A stretch of 24,820 nt of DNA from Azolla caroliniana (lineage: Eukaryota; Plantae; Polypodiophyta), in NCBI GenBank assembly GCA_043228905.1, contig JBHGNT010000451.1, positions 1-24,820 on the forward strand. The letters run 5' to 3'. The position numbers and the translations under genes are program-made. This document shows, piece after piece, positions 1 to 9,103 of this stretch. The notes beneath the pieces are model-generated. The model was not told the origin of the DNA. It was given only the letters and a program-made list of their open reading frames with translations, and did no database searches. How positions within the stretch are numbered: the stretch's first letter is position 1; the number at the start of each line of letters is the position of its first letter.

Positions 1-526
1 CACGTAGTCGTGGACAACATGCCCAACAGCTTTACTCATCCCAAACTTTGTCACCATCGCTTGCGCAAGATCAGTGGCTGATTTGAAGTCCTGCGATGCA
101 CCCGAAGTTACTTCACTCTCCCCAAAGATAATTTCTTCAGCCGCTCGACCACCCATTGCTACATTCAAGCGGGCTAGCATCTGCTTTCGGGAGAGGCTAT
201 CTTGATCTTTTTCAGGGAGTTGGGCCACCATACCAAGAGAGGACCCACGAGGAACAATAGTAGCTTTGTGTACCAACAAGAGCGTGTCCACCTTCGTGAT
301 AAGCTGTAAGTTTTCTAGACTCCTCTGATATGACTGCTGACTTTCTCTCACTGCCCATCATAATTCTATCTTTCGCATATTCCAGCTCCACCATGCCAAC
401 TGACTTCAGACCATCCATGGCTGCCCTTAATGCAGCCACATTTATAAGGTTTGCAAGATCAGCTCCTGAGAATCCAGGTGTTCCTCGAGCAATTATCATG
501 AGATCAACGTCATCAGACTTCAGAAC
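1..526 (-). CDS. FTSH4: FtsH4 exon 7 (AAA lid and peptidase M41 domain), frameshifted after HEGGHALV
   Basis: Acceptor AG at 528-527. [27 protein letters not shown]...HEGGHALV, then [20 protein letters not shown]...MVTKFGMS in a different frame. Confidence 0.92.
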
Positions 527-3500
527 CTTCCATAAGCATGAAGTTGAAAAAGAACATTAGTTTAAAGTAAAACTTACAATGATAAAGGATTTCTGTCAGA
601 GTCCGCTTACTTTGGACATGTGGTACTCCAAGATCTGGCGTCTACCCTCTACATCAGGATTTGGTACCACTACATGTCGATCAAAGCGCCCAGGACGGAT
701 AAGTGCCTTGTCGAGAGATTCTGGAAAGTTTGTTGCTGCAATGACTATGATCCCTTCATTCTGTTTAAACCCATCAAGTTCAACTAAAAGCTGATTCAGG
801 GTCATCCTAACATACTGTTGATCTTTTGGGTTTCTACTTCCCCCAATAGCGTCAATTTCATCCATAAACACAATGCATGGAGATCGCTTCTTTGCTGCTG
901 CAAAGAGATCACGAACCCTTCTAGCCCCAACACCCACAAACATCTCCTCAAACTCACTGCCACTACAATAGAAAAATGGGACTCCGGCCTCCCCTGCAAT
1001 GGCACGTGCAAGCATTGTCTTGCCAGTACCTGGTGGACCGACCAGTAGAACACCCTTGGGTAGCTTTCCACCTAATGCGGTGAACCGCTGCGAATAAAAT
1101 AGTAACAAGTCAAGACTGCCAGCTCATCACATTAATTATTGACAGTGATAGAAGCCAAAACCATCCTTCAATTTGATATCCTAACACAACATACCTTAGG
1201 ATCTCGTAAATAGCATACAATCTCTTCTAATTCTGCCTTCGCTTCATCTACACCTTTGACATCACTAAACTTGGTATTCGACTCTATGCTTGGTTGTGGT
1301 TCCTCACTCAAACCAAGGCCTGTTCACAAAATAAGCTCACAAATGAAGACCAATTGAGCATACGAAGTTAGCCTAGTAGTTAGAACCCTTCCCCTGTAAG
1401 GCACAGGTTGAGAGTTCTTGATTTCCACAAAGCCACATTTGATCCCACAAAAAAAAACAAATCCAACCTTTTCCAATTCCTCGATCCTCGAAGAGGGCTC
1501 CAATTGCAGAAACCATAAGGAAGGCCAGCCCCAATGTCCGTACAGTACGCCAGAATTGTTGCTTAAAGCCCCCTTCAGAAGTAACCATATGAATGGGAGA
1601 AGAAGCACTTCCTAGAATGCCATCTTTTGTTGCTCCAATACCTCCCAGTGATGGCTGCAGAGAACCTGCAAAGGAAGCTCCCAAACCCTGTATTTGCCCT
1701 CCACCTCGAGCTTTAGAGCCTGTGCATACGAGACAGAATGTACGAAGAAATAAATCAGAGTTGCAAACCAGAAAAAATACCAGGACTTCCAAATGTCAAT
1801 GGATACCTTCTTGTATAACGGACAACAATTCAATCTTATCCAGTTTATCAGTCTTGACTAAGGCCTTCACATATTCTGCCAAAATACCAGGACTGTACCA
1901 TTGATGTGGACGACTCCTTTCAAACCACCGTATCACATATTCTGGGTCTCTTTTGTTATATTCTTTCAGAAGTGATACTTCAGCATCATCCACATTGTCT
2001 GTCACTCGTTTCGCAAATCTGCCAATATAGCCAGAGAGAGTTCGCTGTTGCCCACCTATAAAGAGAAACAAAATATATATCATACTGACACAAGAAATTA
2101 TGAAAGATACAAGATATCAAATAAATGGGCCATTGCTAAGGAAATAAGAATTTCAAAGGAACATACTATAAGCTAAAGAGGAATTCAAAGTAATACAAGG
2201 ATACACTATGAAGTAACAAATGTTACATAATAGTTCTTATGGGGGATGGTAATACACATTGGAACAGATTTGACTTCAACGTACTCTCTTTTTTTCTCAA
2301 TATATTTTCATTCTTTTGTTAAAATATGAAGCCTCACCCATTTATAACACATGTGACAGTGTCCTTTCCGTTCTTGCAACTACTGGAATATTAAGTCTCA
2401 TCTCACCATCGCTCATCTAAAGACGTGAGGAATATCACTCTTATATATTTTTGTAAAATAGGTTTTGAGATTATAGTCCTTCCATTTAAATCATCGGGGC
2501 TCATTCAAACTTCCATTTGTTTTGTTGTGTTGTCCCTAAACATGAGTTACTCTAATATTCTTCGACTCACAGTAATGGCCATGACAAAATGCAAACCATG
2601 TTCTCTTTTCCTGGGTTGTGTACATCAAAAACACAGTTAACTTAGTCAGGTGCGGTGTCTTGTTACAAAGATCTTAAAGGTAAGTAAACCAAACTTCTGC
2701 AAATAAAAATTTATCTAGGTTGTCGATCTTCGAGCACCTATTCTTCAACACACCATACTTATCATCTCCACATCCATTGTTCTCAGCAAGCATCTTCTGA
2801 TTATTTCCGGGCTACCACAAAAGAAAAGTTTTACTAGTTGCATTGTGCAATCAGACTGTAGATCACAGACATACATGGGAAACTTACCATCATGGAAGTT
2901 TATAACTTTAGACAATTCTATACTAACTAAACAAATCCATTGCTCAAACGAATAACCATGATGAGTAAATACCACCAAATCAGGTTTTTTTGGCAAGGCA
3001 TAACAAACACTCTACTAACATGAGAAAAACTCAGCAAAAAAATAATTGCAAAAATAAGAACTCTGAGATCATTTCCAGCATTGAACAAGGGAAATCTTCA
3101 TATGGGTTTGTAAGATCAAAGAAGAGTTGACCATACCTTCATAAATGGAATGGAAGGCATTTTCATAGTATCGGTACCTTGCTAGATTCCCAAAGGATCT
3201 TAAAATTCCATCACTCTGTTCGTCCACAAGCAAAAGCATACACAATAAACCATGAGACATAAGATAAGTTTTAACTTGATTTAATGCAACATAAGGTAAT
3301 CTCAAGTCAAATGGCAATATTAGCTTGATGCAGCACAGCATTAAGCTAACTGACTCACAAAATTCAAAATAATTTAACCTTAACTTGTTCCCTACTGCAA
3401 AATACAGTGGTGTTATCTTGGTCTCTAACACAGCATAAGGTAACATCTAAACTTAGGTTGATCTCTAATGCAACATACCATAACCTTAGGTTGTTCTCTA

Positions 3501-3806
3501 ATGCAAAAAAACATAAAGTAACCTTAGCTTCACCCTCGATGTAAACGTAAAGTAAACTTAGCTAGATCTCTAGTGCAAAGATGAGGAAACCTTAGGTTGA
3601 TCTCCAAAGAAAAAAGAAGGCAACCTTAGCTTGACCTCTAGTGCCAATATAACGTAACCTTAGTCCTTAATCTCTAATCCAAACATTCGGTAGTCGGAAC
3701 CTGATCTCTAATGCGAACATAAAAGAATCGGCGAACAAACCAACAAGGCATCAACCACACACACACACACCTTCTTCTTCTTCTTCAGAAGCTGGGGTAG
3801 AGCCAT
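1..3806 (-). CDS. FTSH4: ATP-dependent zinc metalloprotease FtsH4 (mitochondrial i-AAA/YME1-like); spliced, 3' end beyond the window; carries a frameshift at 273/274 (possible pseudogene, null allele or assembly error)
   Basis: Exons (-): 3771-3806, 3137-3215, 1807-2055, 1468-1719, 1195-1319, 611-1087, <1-526, all with GT-AG junctions and matching phases. Motifs: [20 protein letters not shown], Walker A GPPGTGKT, Walker [55 protein letters not shown]. The N-terminal '[10 protein letters not shown]...[13 protein letters not shown]' resembles FtsH4. Confidence 0.93.
611..1087 (-). CDS. FTSH4: FtsH4 exon 6 (AAA+ ATPase core)
   Basis: [24 protein letters not shown]...[10 protein letters not shown]; acceptor ttcgcag, donor gtaagc at 610; 477 nt, phase 0/0. 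Confidence 0.95.
1195..1319 (-). CDS. FTSH4: FtsH4 exon 5
   Basis: [42 protein letters not shown]; acceptor gaacag, donor gtatgt. Confidence 0.93.
1468..1719 (-). CDS. FTSH4: FtsH4 exon 4 (includes the transmembrane helix)
   Basis: ...[51 protein letters not shown]; acceptor gcacag, donor gttgga; 252 nt, phase 1/1. Confidence 0.9.
1807..2055 (-). CDS. FTSH4: FtsH4 exon 3
   Basis: [17 protein letters not shown]...[10 protein letters not shown]...[23 protein letters not shown]; acceptor ctttatag, donor gtatcc; 249 nt. Confidence 0.88.
3137..3215 (-). CDS. FTSH4: Putative FtsH4 exon 2 (presequence region)
   Basis: [26 protein letters not shown](G); acceptor gaacag, donor gtatgg; the phase 0/1 ends fit both neighbouring exons. 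No homology support. Confidence 0.55.
3375..3722. repeat. Degenerate ~34-bp minisatellite (about 9-10 units) in a FtsH4 intron
   Basis: Units approximate TAACCTTAGGTTGATCTCTAATGCAAACATAAAG, repeated with substitutions. Confidence 0.8.
3771..3806 (-). CDS. FTSH4: Putative FtsH4 first coding exon ([12 protein letters not shown])
   Basis: ATG in a gtgATGGCT context and donor aag|gtgtgt at phase 0. A candidate 5'-UTR intron lies at 3903-4053 (gg|gtaacg...ctgtgcag). Confidence 0.55.
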
Positions 3807-3994
3807 CACGCCAGTGACCACCAAAGGAAAAAGTCAGTATCCTTCGCAACTAGAAGCGTCTGCAACGAGATAATAATGGTGGAGGAAGAAAATGAGCAAA
3901 ACCTGCACAGAGAAGTAAGAGTAGAATCAACCACAAAACACTAATTAATTCTCATCCATCGCTGTTTCTTCGAAGGGGGCACTGGCAGGATCAC

Positions 3995-4099
3995 ACAGAA
4001 CAGAACAGAACAGAACAGAACAGAGGAAAGAAGGAGGGACAAAGAAGCGTTACCCGGACGGCGGATGGGATGGGATGGGATGGGATGGGACGGGATGGG
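3995..4099. repeat. Microsatellites (ACAGA)n and (GGGAT)n near the FtsH4 5' end
   Basis: Pentanucleotide runs visible at ~3995-4024 and ~4066-4099. Confidence 0.85.
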
Positions 4100-4126
4100 T
4101 CGGCCCTAATACATACATAATAATAA

Positions 4127-4219
4127 GGGAAAAGTACCAGGATACCCCTGGAAGTTCGACATAGCCAGGGGCATTCTGGTAAATAGTCGAACTTCCAGGG
4201 GCATCCTGGTACTTTTCCC
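4127..4219. mobile_element. 93-bp Mutator-type (MULE) MITE
   Basis: 34-bp TIRs at 4127-4160 and 4186-4219 (GGGAAAAGTACCAGGAT[A/G]CCCCTGGAAGTTCGAC, 1 mismatch); 9-bp flanking direct repeat TAATAATAA at 4118-4126 and 4220-4228. Confidence 0.8.
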
Positions 4220-4495
4220 TAATAATAATAATAATTTCTTTCTGCACTCCAGTCTCCAATCCAATCCCACCCACACACACACACCCTCCCCCTCCCCCTC
4301 CCCCTCCCCCTCATCTCCTCACTATTTTGATACCAGAACCATATACATATATGTTATATGTTATACAAACTTCCAGGGGTATATGTAATAAATAAATAGG
4401 CATGTCCTGGCATCTGACCTGGTGAGCAAATCGCAGTCAGAGACAATGTTAGACACGTTTCCATAATCGTGTGCGATCTACACCGTTGGTTAGAG

Positions 4496-4690
4496 CTCTA
4501 CCCTTACGACTCTCATGGCTAACCACCCGGCCCTGACCCACGTCTATCACGCCTAACTTAGCTCTTCCCCCCTCCCACTCTCACGCTAACCCCGCTCTGA
4601 CCCATGGCTATCACGCGTAACCCCACTCTACCCCTCCGACTCTCACGGTGAACCCGGCTCTATCTAACCGTTGTCAAGGCTAACCCCGCT
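4496..4690. repeat. Degenerate ~31-bp minisatellite (about 6 units, two alternating variants)
   Basis: Units CTCTACCCCTCCGACTCTCACGG.TAACCCCG and CTCTGACCCATGGCTATCACGCGTAACCCC alternate. Confidence 0.7.
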
Positions 4691-5539
4691 GAAATTTCTG
4701 AAGAGATCAGAAACTTCGAAAAACTTCTAAGATCATAAAAAGGAAAAAAATCATTATTAAACATATTCAGAAATCAAAACCTATAAGTTTTAGATATAAA
4801 AAATCCACTCACCAAAAACTCGGGACATCAACCAATGTAAACAAATTGTCAACGATCATTCATTCCAAACACTTAACCTTCTCAGATTTCATCTACAATT
4901 TAAAATTTTGCACCAATATTTTGTTTACAAGATACTAGAAAGTTCCACTAACACAAACGAAATGCTTTAAAGACGACACATATTCATCAAAAAACCATAA
5001 ACACTTCATCGTTCAGATTTCGGAGACACAACAAATTCTATCCACCATAAAAACTTCATGTACCCTTGGCATTTTTTAAAAGACGAGAAACTTCATAGTT
5101 CATATAATTTCAATCACGAATTGGGCCAACGATCACAAAAATCGACCTAAAACCATTACAACCCTAAAATTTCAGCCACCATAAAAAAGTTTTGTCATAC
5201 ATATATTCAAACCTCAAAATCTTGACGTTTTAGATATAAAAAATCCAGACACTAAAAACCTAAAACATCATAGGATTTAAATAAAAAGTCAGGGATCATG
5301 GTTGTTGTTTAGAGGATGGCAAATTACACCCACAATTTTTTATCCCTTAAAATCAAATGTCAAAGTTACAATCCAAACACCAAACCTTCTCACTTTCACA
5401 ATTTAGCAACCGCCTCTCTGTATTCTTCCACCATGTGTTTCGATCTAGTTTGGGGAGATTCCAATAAGTTCATTCAAATTTTTGAGTGTTTCACCTCTTT
5501 TATAACCAAATTTTTGTTTTTGTTCTCCTCCTTTTGGCA

Positions 5540-5687
5540 TATTAGTCATTGTTGGTGCTCCTAAATTATACAACTTTTTTCTCATATCTGGGATTTGTTC
5601 CTCGCCAGCAAGCAACCTTATTCATCGATCTTAATGCTTGCTCGAACCATTGAAGTGCTTCTATAGTAGGATATGCTTCAAACTTCA
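5540..5687. repeat. Left copy of a ~148-bp direct duplication
   Basis: Aligns with 6736-6884 (tatt[a/g]gtcattgttggtgctcc...gatatgcttca[a/g]acttca) with roughly ten differences. Confidence 0.9.
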
Positions 5688-5739
5688 CCTAAAATAGGAG
5701 GGGCTGATTTGTCACTGGAGGGACTTCACGTAAAAAATA

Positions 5740-6735
5740 GTTACAACGGTAGAGGCTGGCAAGGAGTTGATTTGGATGAGAAACTTTCTTAGCGAGTTGG
5801 GAATGAAGGAAATGGATTTCTTGCTTCATTGTGACAGCCAGAGTGCCATACACCTAGCCAAGAATGCTACATACCACTCTCGGACAAGGCACATACAGAG
5901 AAGGTATCACTGATTGCGGGAGAAAGTCGAAGAGGGAGAGTTTACCCTCGTGAAAATCCATACTGATGACAATGGATCTGACATGCTGACAAAGAACCTA
6001 TCGATGGACAGACTTAGAGTCTATCGACAGAGGAAAGGAATAACATACCCCTCCCCACAGAGGAGTTTGTTAGGAATATGTCCCTCTAGTGAGAAGAGCC
6101 GATTGTTCGGGCCAAGAAGTGCTAACAATCGAAGACTAGGAGGAGCAAACTGCCCAGGCCGAGTACCGATGGTTGAAGAGTCGACTGCAAGAAAGTCGAC
6201 TGGGTGAGTTGACATAAAGGAGATCCAGGTCGAAGACGCGACCGACTAGTCGGACCGACCAGATGGTCGATGACTAGGCCGCCTAGTTGGACCGGCTGGA
6301 CAATCAACACTAGGGTCAATTGATGGCTACTTATTATATAGATAATAATAGTAGTGTTGTGTAGTAGTGGCTACATTTGTAAATAGCCCATACAGGGTAT
6401 AAATATAAATACACTTAGGGCAAGTAGTGTTTGTAGTGTGTGTGATGCAAAATTGTGTGTGATCCTCTGTTGTAGAGAACGAGAAGAGAGTCTGTGTGAG
6501 CGGCACCATAACCACGTTTTGTAAGAGCCTTGCATGGCTGATACACTGAGACAAGAGAGTGTTGTACTCTAATCCCGTCCTTGTATATCCACTATATATA
6601 GTGAAGCTCCGTTCTCCGTGGTTTTCTCCCACTTTAGGGTTTCCACGTAAAATCTGTGCACATTGTCTTCTGTGTTTCCAAACTATGTAATTCAGCACAT
6701 TCCATTATTGTGGATTGACGATTCGTTTCTCAACA
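5740..6735 (+). mobile_element. 5'-truncated Ty1/copia (Tnt1/Tork-like) fragment: RNase H end, degenerate PPT and 3' LTR
   Basis: EAGKELIWMRNFLSELG...HCDSQSAIHLAKNATYHSRTRHIQRRYH*LREKVE...KIHTDDNGSDMLTK, followed by gaggagtt and the LTR. Confidence 0.88.
6068..6735 (+). repeat. LTR of the truncated copia (668 bp, TG...CA)
   Basis: TGTTAGGAA...TTCTCAACA termini; TATAAATA near 6397; U5 motif ccgtggttttctcc...gggtttccacgtaaaatc shared with the LTRs of the 8243-13814 element. Confidence 0.82.
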
Positions 6736-6884
6736 TATTGGTCATTGTTGGTGCTCCTAAATTGTACAACTTTTTTTGCATATCGACAATTTGTTCCTCA
6801 CCAACAAGCAACCTTATATCATCGATCTTAATGCTTGCTCGAACCATTGAAGTGCTTCTATAGTAGGATATGCTTCAGACTTCA
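6736..6884. repeat. Right copy of the ~148-bp direct duplication
   Basis: Starts immediately after the LTR's terminal CA and matches 5540-5687. Confidence 0.9.
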
Positions 6885-7621
6885 ATCGTTCCCTTTTCTC
6901 GACTTTTGCTTTTGTTGTCAACTCTAGTTCTATGTCCATTGTGGCATCATCCATTTGCATTTGAGTCGCGTGATCTTTGAATTGTGAAACACATAGGGAT
7001 GACATATGCTTTTCGTTGAGTTACAAGCTCAACATGAAGCCGGATCGGCTGAAGAAGCTAGACGGTCGTAGGTGTCGTTAGAGCCTACATTCCTATTTTA
7101 GTAATAGGAATATAATAGGTTGTTTAGTGTCGGAGCTCATAAGTGAGCACTAAGTATTTTGTCAGTAATTGTGTCAACCCACTGTCAAGGGCTTGTCTAA
7201 AAAGAGCTCTATGAGCACATTGCATGTACTGAGTACTATTATTTTTTAATAGAAGTTTTGTTGTTTGCTAACTCAGTCTCCCCCTTTCTTAGTGTACTTC
7301 ACTCTTTGTGTATACCTAATTGTCTACTATTGTTTGGCTCAACCGGTTGTGTCTGTTGTTTACAAGCTTCCATATTTTATTCTTTTCACTTTTCAATAAT
7401 CATCCAAATTTTTAGTAAATTGTTGCATTTATTTCCACGGTATTGGCAATCACAATAAGTGTCATGGATGAACAGTTTAGCATTCACGTTTAGGGTATAT
7501 GGGCCTTTCACACTTGGACGTCTCTTTGCTTCTTTTCCTCTTGTCGTTTCGTCTTCATACTACGTCCTTTTTGATGCGCTCTTATTCATGACTGGTTGTG
7601 TTGTTATCCAAGCGCTTAACA

Positions 7622-7634
7622 TCCCCCCCCAACC
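7622..7634 (-). other. Polypurine tract of the gypsy element; its 3' LTR starts at 7621 (TGTTAAG...)
   Basis: G8 run, then A, then TG, about 40 nt after the last extra-ORF stop at 7676. Confidence 0.7.
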
Positions 7635-7675
7635 TAATGAGTGCACACTCCCGGGTGAACTATGGGAGGGGAGCT

Positions 7676-8237
7676 TTAGGCGTCGGGGTTGAGAAGGATG
7701 GAGTAGGGGGATTCCTCGGGGGGTGGGTGGCGGCGGAGATGATGGCGAAGACGGCGGATGTTTAGTGGTGGCAACCGGATTTCATGCATTTGGTCGGTCG
7801 TTGTGAAGAAGTCCTTCTTGGGGCCGGTGAGCCAGGTGCAAGTGTTGTGGCCGGTGAAGGGAGAAGGGGGGTTTCGACTAAAACTTATGTAAGCAGGAAA
7901 AAAACGCATGTCGATCATGGTTTCAAAATCCCATTTGTAGGTGGCGGGGAGCATGTTGACGGGGGTCCAAAGGCCGACCAGTTGACAACGAGTAGGACCT
8001 TTATTCAAATCAAAGGCAAGGCCCCACGTTGGGTGGTTGTGTCGTTTGAAGGGGGGGCTTCATACGGGCCAGAGTAAAGGAGTATGAGCAGTAGTTGCAA
8101 AAAGCAAAGGCTGGCTTGAATGTCGGGGTCAGGGACGTCGAGGTATGTACGTAGAAATCGTCGCATGACCCGAATCATGCCCGGTTCGGTCGGGGATGTG
8201 CGCGGGGGTCGGGGGAACACAAGCCAGTTGAATGGAG
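7676..8237 (-). pseudogene. C-terminal remnant of the gypsy additional ORF, separated by the copia insertion
   Basis: Same C-rich sense-strand composition, contiguous across the AGTGG TSD; ends ...SPYSILLNPDA* just before the PPT. The true frame is uncertain. Confidence 0.55.
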
Positions 8238-8242
8238 AGTGG

Positions 8243-9086
8243 TGTCAGGAGCTGCACGTTCCCTATACGCAACGCTCGGCCACAACCGAGCTTAGAATCG
8301 TACACAGAAAACGGGAAATAATGAACAACACGAAGAAGAGACAAGTACGCAGGATTTTTACATGGAAAAACCCAAACTAAGGGAAAAAACCACGGCAGCC
8401 CACATGCTGCAAACTATCCCTATGTTAGAATGTACAATAGTGAGTTCACGGAGGCAACGACCTCGTTCTCACGATCCTCGCCACAGGTGGCGGTTACAAC
8501 AGAGGCAACGACCTCTTTCTCTTTCTCTCTCTCTCTCTCTCTGTACACAGTTACGCACTCTCTCTTTTCTTGCACCAACAAGAAATGACAACAACAAAAC
8601 TAAAAGTTTGCCCTAAGTCATATTTATACTAATATGACTTTTCGGCTATTTACAAATATAGCCTCGATGGACTCTCAGAAACATATTTACGAATATGTCT
8701 CTTCATCCAGTGAGCATTCCTCACCGGGTCTGCACCATCCGGCTCTCCGTAGCCGGGTACTCCTCATCCGGTTCTCACCGGGTCTGCACCATCCGGCTCT
8801 CCGTAGCCGGGTACTCCTCATCCGGTTCTCACCTGGTCTGCACCATCCGGCTCTCCGCAGCCGAGTACTCCTCATCCGGTTCTCACCGGGTCTGCACCAT
8901 CCGGCTCTCCGCAGCCGGGTACTCCTCATCCGGTTCTCTCCGGGTCTGCACCATCCGGCTCTCCGTAGCCGGGTACTCCTCATCCGGTTCTCACCGGGTC
9001 TGCACCATCCGGCTCTCCGTAGCCGGGTACTCCTCATCCGGTACTATTCTTCTCCCTTCCCATCCGGAGGGACCTGTCTCCCAACA
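8243..9086 (-). repeat. 3' LTR of the copia (844 bp)
   Basis: TGTCAGGAG...CTCCCAACA on +; TATAAATA (-) at 8621-8628; (CT)n tract; six 54-bp U3 repeats. Confidence 0.96.
8721..9042. repeat. 54-bp tandem repeat, 6 units, in LTR U3
   Basis: TCACCGGGTCTGCACCATCCGGCTCTCCGTAGCCGGGTACTCCTCATCCGGTTC starting at 8721, 8775, 8829, 8883, 8937 and 8991. Confidence 0.97.
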
Positions 9087-9103
9087 AACTCCCCCTTCAC
9101 TCC
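9087..9103 (-). other. Copia polypurine tract
   Basis: GGAGTGAAGGGGGAGTT directly before the 3' LTR TG. Confidence 0.92.

Noticed and set aside
2425-2996. Short ORFs in the long FtsH4 intron
   Set aside because: AT-rich intronic sequence with no motifs, and not needed for the phase-consistent exon model.
7073-7454. Possible additional + strand LTR (TG...CA, T-rich 3' half, small hairpin at 7089-7111)
   Set aside because: No matching TSD, partner LTR, PBS or PPT found, so the boundaries cannot be supported.
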